Of a stretch of DNA of 64,000 bases, positions 1 to 14,600 are shown one piece after another. Each line of letters opens with the position of its first letter. Position 1 is the stretch's first letter. The stretch spans positions 13,826,001 to 13,890,000 of the forward strand of contig OZ176051.1 in the NCBI GenBank assembly GCA_964247055.1. The letters are read 5' to 3'. A program made the translations under genes and the position numbers. Source of the stretch: Paragordius varius (taxonomy: Eukaryota > Animalia > Nematomorpha). Under the pieces are notes generated by a model. The model was given only the letters and a program-made list of their open reading frames with translations, had not been told where the DNA came from and ran no database searches.

Positions 1-469
1 TAATAGATCTATTTTATTTACGTTTAACGGAACAATTGGTTTTCACCAATTGGCCATATGTGCGCAAATTTTAAATTTTTCGATATAAAGCAATGACCAC
101 GAAGCAACTTTCTCTAGTAATAAAGACAAAATGAAAAAGACTTAGATATATAGATATATATATATATATATTCCTTATTTTTTATCAACTTATCGTTTTG
201 CGTGGTATAATGTAAATTTTTAACACTCACTTTAAGCATTTCTTCAACAAAAAATCTAAATTTTATCACGTTGCGATATCTCATTGTTCCCATCATATTA
301 AAAATAAATTATACCCTTTACACCTTTTTATATTAAATGAACTTTATAATGTATAAATAGCAGGCTGCTGAAATTTAATTAAAAGTTACAAAAAATAATA
401 TTTTATGGTATTGTCATATAATAATTTGGATATTTTATGGCCCTCAACTATGATAGGGCGGCGTTTAAT

Positions 470-929
470 TTAACATTTTTTGTTGTTTTTAAACCATTCA
501 ATCATATTCATAAAACAATCATAATCCACTTTTGGCTCCTCCAATCGATGACCTGAAGGATAGATAAGGGCCCTAGAATAAATAATAGATATTATTTAAA
601 TTTTATAGTAGTGAAGATTTTAATTTAACAATCATACTAAATTCCATTGCCTATTTTTCCGTACATTTATATAAAAAACTATTTTTATAAAAAAAGTATT
701 GAACAACATTTACCCTATAGTATATAAATTATATAATATATTGTAATGTTTAATTCGAAATTGTTCATTATTATTTTTAAAAGAGTAGTAAGTTAACAAC
801 CTAAAAATATCGAAATAATCAATGGTTTTAAAATTTTAAATTTTGACAATAACACAGCTAAAACACACCACCGCTCTACAATAGCGATAATTAAAAAATA
901 TTTCCTAATATCTAAATATATTCACAAGT

Positions 930-960
<31 letters not shown>

Positions 961-3900
961 CGAAATGATTGAAAAATGGTATCTGCACCTTTGGACAAAT
1001 ATAAAACACCGTTTTATAAAGCTTATTAATGATAAAATTTTTAATAATTATTAAGATTCATATCGATGTAAGTAGTTCGTAAATCCACATAGGCTTCACC
1101 ACATAAAACTATGCTTGATCAATATCATAATGTTAAATAATAATTAAAAAATTTTGTTTAGTTTAATTAAAAGTTATTTCGTTTACCTGAATAAGGTTAA
1201 TCCCTATCATCAATGAGAGACCGATTATACAAAATAAAAGTATAATAAAATATTTTAAAACTAATAACCATGTCAACTAATTATTTAATTATTTTAAGTA
1301 GTTTTTTTCAGAATAAAAATATACATTATTGATCTAATTAGTTAGCTATATTAAAAAATGTCTTAATATAACTTTTATGATTTTTTTTCACAACAACCTA
1401 TAAAAACGATTTTAGCGAAGATACTTACTCTACCCAATGCTATTAGATTCCGATTTTTGAGCTTTGAGATTTGTAATAAACTCTCAATGGTAAACATTAA
1501 ATTTCACAATGTGTTCTATCCACTTTTAGACTCAGTAAAAAATGAAATTATACTACGGACAAAAGATAAAAATAGTAAGACAAAAAGACGACCCCATACT
1601 TTTATAAACCTTAATCTTTCCCATATAAATATTACCATTGTAAAATATATGATTGATTGTGTTACTAATATACATATTTTTGCCATATTTTACATTTTAA
1701 AAGAATTCATGTTTAATAAAGAGCGTCGTTATATCATAGAAAAATTATTTGTCTTTATGTTTTTTGTCATTCCGTATATAATTCCCATTCTTACTGTAAT
1801 CTAATTCGATTTGGATTTCATTAAAAAGATAATTTTACTTTGTGGGTATTTTAGTTTCTTTAAGCTTTCGATAAAGACGAATGGATTGAGAAAGGGGAAC
1901 TCGAACATCCCTATCACCCAACAGAAAAAGGATTGGACTTTTAATCTAAGAACGATGTAAAAAAAAATGTACAAAAAAAACTAAGAATAATTTTATTTAT
2001 TTCATAATTTAACTCAATAAAAATAAAATCATTTCAAATCATTGAAAAGACTTTACCAACCTTATGCGCATACGTTATGGGAGATTTTGCCAACATAGAC
2101 GTAAAACCAGCTATCATACTTTTTTGATCGTTATCGAACGTTTCATCAATGCCACATTCAACACAACACCTATCGGTATATAAAGCTATACAAGAATTAA
2201 TTGCCTATATATAAATATCATTTACAGTTCAAATTAACCCTTGAACAATTCAAAATTATCCTTAAACAATTGAAATACACCCTTAAAAAATACAAATTCC
2301 CCCTTAAAAATTCACCCTTGAACAATTCAAATTCCCCCTTGAACAATTCAAATTCACACTTGAACAATTCAAATTAACCCTTAAACAATTCAAATACACC
2401 CTTAAACAATTCAAATACACCCTTAAACAATTCAAATCACCCTTCGAAACAATTTATATTCACCCTTGAACAATTCAAATTTTCCCCAAACAATTCAAAT
2501 TTACCCTTAAACAATTTAAACCAAATTTATCCTAAAAGAAATTATGTGTTTTTTAAGATTAAAAATTACCTATATATTTTTATATTTTCAAAAAATAAAA
2601 TTACGTTCAAAATCAATATTAAACTGAAGAAATAATAAACTATGCCATAAGAATATATTTCCTATTAATTATATGATTTATGTTAGCCCAAAAACACATA
2701 ATTTATTTTTGGGATAAATTTGAATTGTAAATGATATATATATATCCTAATTTTTTTAAAAAATATGATAATAAAAGTTAAAAATAATTTTTGACTATAA
2801 CTAAGAATGTTACGCATTAATATGTGAAAACTTGTTTCTGTAGCCCGCAAGGATAAATAGCAAAATTAATGGTCTTGGGTTTCCAGTTTATTTTTTAATG
2901 ATATTTTATGGTATAAAAACAATATGAATTTGGCACACGTATGAATTTTTAATTATTAACAAATAAAATATTTATAAATCGAACTTATATTTCAATCAGG
3001 TTAGCATGATCTTGATCAAAGTGATAAAAATAAAAACGAACTACTATATATACAAATAAAAAGCAATCATAGGATTAATTAAAAATTCTTGAAAAAGACC
3101 AGTAAATATAATTAAGTGAAATGGATTGTTCAGTTGTGAATATTATTGATTAATAAAAATTGATTTGTATTGTTATTGTGCTAAAAAGTCCATATTCATG
3201 ATAGATTGTATCCATCAGCTCTGTTAAGTAGAGCATTATTCTTTTTAATTTCAATTCTTTCTAAAATTAATCTTTTAAAAGAGTTGTTAATATTGTGTAA
3301 TACCTCGGTTTTAATTATTTGGTGACCTTCGTTGCAGACGTGTTCTGCTAAGCCAGAATTAAGTTTGTTGTGCTTGATATACTGTGTTGATGTTCTTTTA
3401 ATCTAAAATTGATGGATCTGCTTGTCTCGCCTACGTAAACTTTAGTGCAAGAACAAGTAGCCTTATATATCCCAGGTAATTTGTTCGAGGTATATAATCT
3501 TTAACTTTTGTAAAATTTATTAGTTTTTTTAAAAGGTGTGTATAGTGATCGCAAATTAATATTTTTAAGATTTTGCCAATTTTTTGGGTAACAGTTTGAA
3601 TGTAAGGTAAAATCTGACTGTCGCCACAAATGTATTATCATTTTTACGTGTTATTTTATTATCCAAAAGATCTTTTGAGTAACCATTAAATTCTAATCAT
3701 TTTTTAAGTCTATTGATTTTAGAGTTGAGTGAGGTTCAATCACATATATTGTAAGCTCGTTTTATTAATGTGTTATTTGTTGAATGTTGGGGTGGATAGT
3801 GTTGAAATCTTTATCTCCTCAGCATTCCTCCCTTCAATCTGGTTCAAATATGTTGATGACATTGGAACCAACAAGTTATATGTGAATTTGTAGATTTTAT

Positions 3901-6900
3901 ACTAAAATAAAATTGACTATGGATTATAAATCTACCTTTATTAGTTTTCTTCACTAGTAAGTATATTCAATGGAAAAATCAACCATACCGTCTTTAGAAA
4001 ACCCACATATACCAATCTCTCTACCTAAACGCATATTCACATCACTATCCACCCCAAAAACATTCAGTAGTTAACATATAATAAAACGAGCTTACAATAT
4101 ATGTGATCCAACCTTACTCAACTTTGAAATCAATAGACTTAAAAATTCATTTGAACTTAATGGTTACTCAAAAGATCTTTTTGATAAAATCTATATATTT
4201 GTAAAAATGGAAAGTGGTGGCTTTTTGATTTTTCCGGAAAACCGGTAGACCCATTCAAGTCCAAATATCGAAAAATATAATCATTAAGGAATGCTCCGAC
4301 AAGTTTCGCCTTTTTTTAAAATTAGGCCCCCAGTTCGGGCCACCCCAAAAAAAACGAGTGTTTTTTTGAAAAAAAAGTCCACAAAAATCGTGTCTTTGAG
4401 AGAATTTTCTAAAAAACTTGTTGGGCCATTTGATTTCAAATAAGATTTTTATTCTTTTTGTCAATTGCGCCGAACATAGTCGGCTTGCTTTTCAATTTAG
4501 GCCCTCTTTTTACCCGCTCCCCCGTAAAATGCCACTTTCAAAAAAAATTAAGTCCACAAAAATATTTTTTGAATCTATTTTTCGCCCAAAGTAAGAGACC
4601 GTAAATTTATTAAGGGTTCCACGTATTCCCTGTTAAAAGGCAAAATTTTTAGTCAAGCGTTTCTTTAATGATAGCTGCTGGGTAAGGAGATCGCTAAAAA
4701 CAACCCCATCGTATCAAAATAGCGTGCCTTTGGGGCTGAATTTCAGACAACCTATCAGGCCATATCAGTCCAATAACTGTCTTAAAGTTTTACCCGTAAC
4801 AAGGCAAAAATTTTGATCGTGCGGTTTTTTTAGCCGTTAATTAGGCCACGCCCTGAAAAATGCGCCGCCATATAATCATTTTTTAAGAGGCAATTTTTCC
4901 AAAAACTAATGAGAGAATATGAAATCAATCATGATTCCAGGTATTCTCGGTAAAAAGGCAAAAATTTAATCAAGCGCTTTTTGTATCAGCCTCTAACTGC
5001 GCCACTATATAGAAATAACGTTGTTTTGGAACTATTTTAAAGAAATTATGCCATATGAGCTCATTTAAAGTTCGAAATATTACCCGTAACTAGGTAAAGA
5101 TTAAGGTCAGGCCTTTTTTTATTAGCCGTTAATTTGGGGGCTTTATGACCCAAAAATAAGCCATCATAAAACGATTATTTAGTGTTGAGGTATTTTTTCG
5201 AATAATCCATGAGACGATGGTCTCAAAGATGATTCCAAATATGTTCCCTATAAATGCAAAAAATTTAACTTAGCCCTTTTTCCATATAAGCCTATGGGCA
5301 GGGGTCTACTGGTTTAAAACTGAGACGCCATACAAAAATGGCATGGCTTGGGAGCTAATTTTCAAAAAACTTAAGAAGCCATAAGAGTTCAATAAAGGCT
5401 TTTAATATTACCCATAAATAGGTAAAAATTAAAGTACAGCGGTTTTTTCCGTTAGCTGTCAATTTGGGGCCTTTACACCAGTAAACAATATATTAGTATG
5501 AATGCACCATTTGAAAAATCCTATGAGATCATAGCTATTAAATAATGTTTTGAAATAATCCACATATATGAATTTATTGTCCCTTTTTTCTAATAGCGCC
5601 CCCCCCCTTCCCCCCAGAAGTCCAACGCTAGTACATAATAAAATAACACGTAAAAATGATAAACATTTGTGACGACAGCCATTTTACCTTATATTCAAAA
5701 TGTTATTCCAAAAATTGGCAAAATCTTATGGTGATGGATAATATTAGGACTCCAGATTCGGAGTTTTGTGTCCACGAAGTAATTCCCCCCATAAATTACG
5801 ATCTTTACATTCTTCTGTGAAAATCCTACGTTGATTTAAGTCTATTTTTATATTATCATCATAAGAAAAGAGTGGTCGCCCCTTTCTTTTGCCATCAACA
5901 TTCTTTGAGTATGACCGTAGAAACGCAATCTATTAGTTTGGATGAATCGATTTTATCGGTTTTTTTAAAGAAAGTTGGTATTTCTGGTGTACGAAAGCAG
6001 CTTTTGAGTATTCGGTTCTCACTCATTAGGAGTTTTGTTTGATTAGTTTTGTTTAATGCCCAAGTTTTAGAACCATAGGTAAGAGCTGGTCTTATTGCTT
6101 TGTAAAGATACCATTTATTATTATTGTTAACATTTTTGTTTGGAGAAGATATTTTAGCTGATTAAATTTTATCCAACCTTGTTGTATTCTTTTTTTAATA
6201 GCCTTTTGTAGGTTGGCCTGAGATGATATTACATCTCCTAGGTAAACAAAAGAGTCTACCAATTCGATATTATGACCATCAATGTTAAGTAAGTTTAGTG
6301 GATTAAAATTATTATTACTGGGGTTCAAACAATTTAAATATTTAAAATTTATTGCATTTGTTAATTTGCCTTTTGTGTTAGAGCACTTTTTGTGTACCCA
6401 TATTTGATATGATATGCATTTAATGGAATTCGAACAAACTTCCTTCCTGCAAATGGAGCTGGGGTATCTGGGTTTTTTATATAAAAATACTACAACCAAC
6501 ATAAACCAATATCGGCAATACAAGCAACTTCCCAACCAACGCTGGACTACATCAAGGTTCAGTCCTAAGCCCAATCCTTTTTATTACTATAATGGATGCG
6601 GAAGACACAAGAACTGAGTGCCCCCCTTGGGAAATGTTATTCGCCGACGACCTCGTGATAACGACACCATCATGGGGTCAACTGGTAAATAACTATTACC
6701 AAGTGAAAAAGATGCCTAGAGCAAAATCTTAAATAAATTTAATATTCGGTAAGTATAGACACCTTTTAAAAAAAATTAAAGATCCTATTCCCCGAGACAA
6801 ATTACCCGGGATATATAAAGTTACTTGCTCTTGCAATGACGTTTCGGCGAGACAAGCAAATCCATCAATTTTAGATTAAGAGAACATCAACACAGTATAT

Positions 6901-8650
6901 CAAGCACAACAAACCTAATTCGGCCTAGCAGAACAGGTCTGCAACGAAGGTCACCAAATAATTAAAACCGAGGTATTACACAATATTAACAACCCCTTCA
7001 AAAGATTAATTTTAGAAGCAATTGAAATTAAAAAGAATAATGCTTTACTTAACAGAGCTGATGGATACAATCTATCATCAATATAAACTTATGTTCTATA
7101 GCACAATAACAACACAAATAATTTTATTATTTAATAATATTCACAACTTCGAACAATCCATTACACCCACTTAATTACATTTACTGGTTTTTTCAAGAAT
7201 TTTATTAATCATTTAATTGCTTTTTAATTGTATATATAGTAGTTCATTTTCATTACTATGATCATGATCATGCTAACATGATCGAAATATAAGTTCTATT
7301 AATAAATATTTTATTTGTTAATAATTAAAATTCATACGTGTGCCAAACTCATAATGTTTTAATATTATTATGAATCTCACGGATGGAATCACTAAATTTT
7401 GATATTTTATGGTATTTTACCTTAACTGAGTCTAAAATCAAAAATATACATTCAAGAGTTGTTAAATGTTTCCGGCAACTGATACCGATTAAAATGGAAA
7501 AAATTTAGAAACTTAAAGGACAGTTTTGATAAAGTGAATAGAGTGTCATTTCATATATATTTAATTACAGCTTCGATAATTAATATAGTATTAAAACCAA
7601 GATTAAAAATTATAATCGCCAAATAAAATTCCACTTTTTATTGGCAAAACAATTTTATAATCATCATTTACAAGTACTATTATCAGGGTTAATTTGTTTA
7701 AATATATTAATTAAATTATAATGAAAAAACTCTAGTGGTAAAGATTACATCTTATCAAAATAAAATTCAAAAACAACTGGTAAAAGTTATGATAAAAAAT
7801 ATTATTCAATTTACTCATAAATATACAGTTTAGAGTCTCTTTTTTCCTTTTTTATTAAAGGGTAAGGACTTAAATTTGTATACGGACATGTGATTAAAAA
7901 GCTTATTCTGTAGTTTAAAACATCAAGTAGTGGTATATTATTATATATATATATATTTAGTAAAAAATAAATTTATGCGGACAAAACGTAAAAATATAAA
8001 GATAAATATCTCTTTCAAAAAGACAATGAAACTTTTTAAATTTTGATTTTAAATGTAGCTACCTCATTGTTTCAGAATGAAATTATGAAATAAAGATGTA
8101 TATTAGTAGCACAATCAATTATATATATAGTTAACAAATGTAATTAAATTATAAATATGAGAAAAATTATAGTTTGAAAAAGTATAATGGTTGTCCAAAT
8201 TTTAAAAAAAAGATATTAATCTTTATATATTTTTCCGTTTTGTCCGTATAATTAAATTTCTATTGTAAAATAAAAATTGAAAAACCATTCAGGTATATCA
8301 GATGTCGCCCAGAGAAGTGGGATATCTATGACAGGATTGCGACAACATATGGCTTCATAGAAATCCTAGAAAAATAGTACGTACGTACCTGATTAAATCA
8401 TAAATTTTTTAATATCACATAGTGTATGATTTGACTATATTTTTTTGCCTTTAAAAATTATTTATACAAATAAAAGGGCATAAAACTAACTGTTTTTATT
8501 TTTTCCCATTTAAATTTAACAAACCAAACCAAAAATAACATTTCAAACCATATTTTGCCATTTGGAATTTTGATTGAATGATTGATTGATACTTATGGTT
8601 AAATAGAACAAAAAAAAGCTAATTATTTAGGTCGAAATAAAAAAGAATTG

Positions 8651-8684
<34 letters not shown>

Positions 8685-11600
8685 GAAAAAACTGGATATT
8701 GCGCAGCTAACATGCAGACAATATAGCCACCATGAGAACCTCCGTAAGCGTAAACCTTCGTTTTTTCAGTTATTTTACATTTTTCTTCACTCTTCATATA
8801 ATGTTTGACGGTATTCTATAAGAATAAAGAAAATAGTTTTAGATAAATAGGTAGGTAGGTAGATAATAATTTTTAAAAACAAAAGTAAGAGTGTAACACA
8901 AAAAAGGGTAAAAAAATTAATGATAAATAAATGAAAAATTTATATATATATATACATGGACATTTTGAACGTCCAAATTTCCAATTTTTCCATGCAAAGC
9001 ATGTATATATGCATCACCGTATCCACTTGAGCCAACATAATTAACTAAAAATATATTTTATTTAAATATAAATTTTTTTGTAAAAAACGTAAGTTTTTAA
9101 AAAATTTGGAAATACTAGGTATATATGTATAAAACTATAAATTAAATTATGAGGTGCTCTACTATAGAATTGGACTATTTGAGGGTTAGTGCCATACAAA
9201 ACATTTAAGGCTAAAATCTAACAAAAGCCGTCAATTTTTTTGAAAAATGGTATATAAATGTGGATCGAAAACATTTCTTTTGGGATAATTTCATTTTTTA
9301 AAAGATAAGTAAATAAGTATATAATTATATACGTTTAAAAAATTGGTCATTTCAATTTCGATTGGTTAAAAAATCAGGCCCCCCAAAAAAGAAAAATTCA
9401 ACAAAAGTTACCCAAGAGTACAGTGTAATTAAGTAGAGCGAGAGCTGTGACCTGTGGCATCCAGCTAATGTTAAAAACAGCATGAGGGCCCCCATGAGGC
9501 ATAACTATAATACCATTCTCATCTATCGTACAATTTTTCTATATAGATATATATGGCATTTTATTATATAATTTGTCTTTACAATGAATTGTAAATTTCA
9601 AGGGAAAATGTAAGAGTTTTTTAGGGATATAGGTGATACGTATATATGGTTAAAAATAATACCTACAAAATAAAAACGGTTAAATTTTTGACTATATTTA
9701 AATGAAAAGAAGAGCATTGCTTTGGCATAGCAAAAAACATCAAACCTTTCACATTTATAAGGTGTAACGAAGCCCTTGTACATACATATATCAATTTATT
9801 GTAAGATAGAAAATTGTTTTACCCTAAAAGTGTGTTACAGTAAGATTAATAGTTATTACCACGAAAAACTAATAAATATCCAAATGAAAAAAATAATTAG
9901 CACATAGTTTAAATGATATATAATAAATACATTATAAGACCCTGGATGCAGGCTTTCTGTTTCTATTAACAAATTTAAAACATTTTTTAACCATGTGCTA
10001 ATCATATTTTCATTTGAATATTCATTTGTTTTTTGTGATAATCATTTATAATTCTTACTGTAAATTTCGTTCAGGCAAATTCTTTTTTGTTAACTACCTT
10101 ATTTCTCACAACAATGCTATCCATTTGTAAGGATTTTGGGTTATTTAGATGGCCCTTATGTATTGGTTCATCCATAGACTCTGCATTTAAAGTGCAAATT
10201 TCCCATTCGATTTGTTCAAAAACGTTATTCACCGTTTGTTGGGGGCCATGTCTTAAAGATACCCAATTTAAAGGGTAATTAATAGTGGTTTGATTAGGTA
10301 GTGTAAGGTTATTAGATTCTTTTACCCATACATCCTGTATGAGCTTGGTATTTATGTGTGCAATCATCTATGTTTTGTTATTATATATAAAACATTTAAG
10401 CTGGTTATATACAGTAAACGGATAAAACGTAAAAGCATAAAAACAAATATTTTTTCTAATATCCAACCATACTTTTTAAATATAGAATACATTAATATAA
10501 CACATTGTTAAGGCAATGTGCGAAATAGAGATTTATAATACTAACACAATCAATTCTATACTATTGTAACAAAGTATCGCTTATATGAAAACATTAAGGT
10601 TTTAGAAAGTATGGTTGTCTTTTGGAAAAAAAATATTTGTCTGCATATTTTTACGTTCTGTTCGTATACGTATAATTTCAATTTTTACTGTAAGTGTTTC
10701 AATAATTAGTAAAGCGTCCAAAATGCAAAAATCAGATATTTATGAATCAACACTTGATCTTAATTTTGTAATATGAGAGTTTTTTTGGTTTTTTTTATAA
10801 TTTTGTATATATCATTCCCCCCGTTCGGTATATATGAGATGAAACAAACCAAAAAACATTCCAAAACTTAAATTTTATACATTATAAAGTTTACACATTT
10901 AACATTTAAAGTTTAAAATTTTGCCATCATCAATTTAACTTGAAAAGGGTCAAAAAGTTAGCGAGCGAAAACTCAATGACGATTTAAAAATATCTAATGT
11001 GCTACTATTTCATACACCATATATAAATTTTTAAGTTCTAATGATTACCAATTGCATTGGACAAGCAAAGTTGGAATATGAAGCTAAAACATAGTTATTT
11101 TTGTAATCTAACAAGGTCCAAGAACCATTTTCTAAAATGTAATAGATATGTAAAATAAAGATGTTATGGAATGTAAAGGATGAAAAAAAGGATTAAACTA
11201 TGTGAGAGGTTAAGAATAAGCAATGAATGAAATGTTTCAAACGAATTTGAAGGTTTTTAGTTTAATTTACAAAGCGTGAAAAAACCTTCAAAAATAAGGT
11301 TAAAAAGTTTTTAAGTATCAAGTAATTTAAGAGATCGTTATTTTTAAAGTAATTTAATAATATTTTAGTTTTATTAGTGGTTTTTATATACACCATTTAC
11401 AGGTCAAAATCACCCTTAAAATTAAATTTCACCCTTAAATAAATTATGTGTTTATTTAATATTAAAAATTACCTTTTTTATTTTTATAATATAAAATTCT
11501 GTTTAAAATTAATAAAATGTTGAAAAAATAATAAAATATTCCGTAAAAATATATTTCATATAAATGATGAGTTATATAAGCCCGAAAACACAAAATTTAT

Positions 11601-14600
11601 TTTTAGGGTGAATCTGAATTGTAAATGGTATATATATATAATGTACCATTTCCCAGTCTAAACAACATTTATGTTAATTGAAATGTTTTCCCAGTATATA
11701 AAACATTTTTACAAGCAATCGAAACGGTATAAACTATGTCAAAAACACAATAGTAATATCAAAAAATTGAGCTCAGAAACCAAATACTACTTATTGAGCC
11801 TTTGAAAGATTTTAAAGGGTGGGGGTTGGAATTCGACACTCAAAAAATGTAAGCTAACTTACTTGGTGTAAAAATGATGTTTATCGCTTTCATTTGAGGT
11901 ATCGTTGTAGGTTGACAATCCTCATTATTACATTTGCAACATAAAACGCCCATAATTGTTTTGTGAGGACCCTGGTTTGTGGAAAAAAGTATTGTCAAAT
12001 ATTCTTTTCCATTGTTAGTAGATGTAGTAATTATTCCAGGAAATTTATAGGGTTCATTAAATTCTTCCATATTATAAATGCCGTAAAATGTGATGTTGGT
12101 AATGGTGTGGGGCATATTATAATATAAATTCATAGGTGACCAATCTACAATGATATGGCTAAAAATAAATGTAAGCTAATGTAATTCAATGTATATAGCA
12201 TAAATTTAATTTATATATATACTTGCGTAAATCTCGTGCTGCTACGAAGCCCGAGAAAGTCCTTCTGACTTCCTGGGGGGGGGGGGGGGGGGGGGGCTTG
12301 CTATTTGAAAAAAGGGACAATAAAATGATCCATATATGTGAATTATTTCGAACATTTTTTAATAGCTATGATCTCATAGGAATTACATACAAATATATTG
12401 TTTACTTGGGCGAAAAATCGAATCAAAAAATTATTTTTGTGGACTTTGTTTTTTGAAAAAATAGCATTTTACGGTGAGAGCAGGTAAAAAGAGGGCCTAA
12501 ATTAAAAAAGCGAGACTATGTTCGGCGAAATCGAAAATAAGTAAACAAAAATCATATTTGAATTGAATGGTCCAACACGTTCTCCGGAAAATTGTCTCAA
12601 AGACACGATTTTTGTGGACTTCTTTTTTCAAAAAAACCATTTTCCGCACGGGGTGGGCCCGAACTGGGGGCCTATTTCGAAAAAAGGGCGAAGCTATTGT
12701 CGGGGCATTCATTCATGATTATATTTTTTCTATATTTGGATTTGAATAGGTCGACCGGTTTTCCGGTACCAGATCACAAAGCCAGCATTATCCATTTTTA
12801 AAAATTATAGATATATATAAATGCTTTTTTGCCAAAAAAATGTAACAATTTTATTGAAATAGTACGGACGAGTAAACAGTTTTTAAACACCATTACAGAG
12901 TAAGTATATAAGTTTGATATTTATCATCACCAAATACCATATCTAACAAGGCGGTTTTTTTCTTATTAGCGTGCTTTTTGCTTAAGCTATGAGGAAATAT
13001 TTATTGTATGAGACTATATTGTACATTTACCAATACTATAATCTATATATTAGTAAAAAATTTGGGGTTTTCTATTTCAAACTGTCCTAAGGCCCAATAA
13101 TAAATTTATTATGTCCTATGGCCCAATAAAAAATTTATTAAAAAAATTATACGTTAATATAATTAAAACTAATTATATCCACCAAGGGCAGCTAAGCTTA
13201 ATTTCTAATCTTTGATGAGTAAATCTTGTGTTAAAAATTCAAATATTTTCTCAATACTATATACTTTGTTCCTTTGCAGATTATTCTCGACGCCTTATTT
13301 ACGTTATACTTAAATGGTGTATTTTGGCCTATTTTGTAAGAAATATTAAAAGTTAGCTAACTGAAAAGTACCTACTCCTGGCATTTGGTTATAAAGATAA
13401 AAGTTTTTCTGATTACTATCCTAAAATTGATTCTAAACAATTATTTATTTTATCTAATATAAAAATTACATAGAGGTGTGGTGCTGCCTGCTAGAAACCT
13501 CTGTATTTCAAAAGCGTTAAAAGCAATAAAGAATATTTTGTGTGTGTTAATATATATGTATCACCTTTAATGTTTAAGTTATACTATATATTCTTTGGTG
13601 TTAAACTATCGCATGCGAACTAAATTTAATTCAATATAGGAGCATTGCAGATGAATATTATGCCTTGTATTTTCTTAATGCATATTTTCTTGACTGAGTT
13701 CAGTCAAATGTGATAGGAAAAGGTCCTAATTAGATTTTATCTTACTCTAAATCTATCTGTTGTTTTAATATCACGGTTTTTCATGGGTATAATTTATATT
13801 AGAGAGTAGTGAATGGTACAGTGAATAATCCTATACAATAAATGTAAAAAAGTATAGTTAAAACATCAAATTCGATCAATACTTCAACTGAGCATTATTT
13901 AAAAAAACGAGCTTTTTTGAGTCATATCTTTAACACAAAAATTATTACGGAAAACAATAAATCATCACAAGAAAATGTTTCATACAGAAGAAAAGACCAG
14001 TTTACCACAGTCAGATATGGGTTAGGTAAACAATCAGATCAATCGAAACAACGGAACAACATTTAAACACAACCATTACACGACCATCACTAAATTATTT
14101 CATATATTTACAATTCCATTTATGTAACTTTGATCTGAGTATTATCTTTGATATTAATATCTAATTCAAATTTTTATAAAATTGTAAAAAAGATCTCCTA
14201 TATGATTCTTAAAGAATATTAACTTAAACTGTTCTAAAAATGATATCCAAAAATAATGATAACATTATAATATAAAACTATAAATTTCTTTGCATTTCTG
14301 TTAACGGGAGCACATTCAAATTAATATTGTCAACTTAAACATAACTTCATTTATTTTTAGAATTATATTCACAACATACAGTAAAAATTGAAATTATACA
14401 GACAAAACGTGAAAAATAAAGACAAAAATTTTTATCTAAAAGACAACCACACTTTTTAAAACCTAATGTTTTCCATATAAGCTACTTAGTTACAATTGTA
14501 AAATATATTGCTTGTGTTAGTATTATATATCTCTATTTCAAACTTTGCCATTTAAAACAATAAGTTTATATTGAAATAAATCAAGATGTAAAAGGTATGG

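Larger units (their letters stand above)
3803..7399 (+). mobile_element. Penelope-like element (copy B), 5'-truncated RT plus GIY-YIG pseudogene, split by a Helitron and an RTE insertion
   Basis: RT motif WFKYVDDI (about 3840-3865), TVFRKPTYT, KRAYNICD, ELNGY, then PGIYKVTCSC (about 6805) and ILEAIEIKK; frameshifted. TGATATTTTATGGTAT at 2899-2914 and 7400-7415 is a candidate 16-bp TSD around A+B. Confidence 0.85.

Noticed and set aside
1457-1804. 115-aa plus-strand ORF
   Set aside because: Coincides with a CAGT-MITE inside an APEH intron; no motifs.
2230-2520. Regular 21-bp repeats resembling a CRISPR array
   Set aside because: Units are directly adjacent with no unique spacers, lie inside MITE TIRs in a eukaryotic intron, and no cas genes are present.
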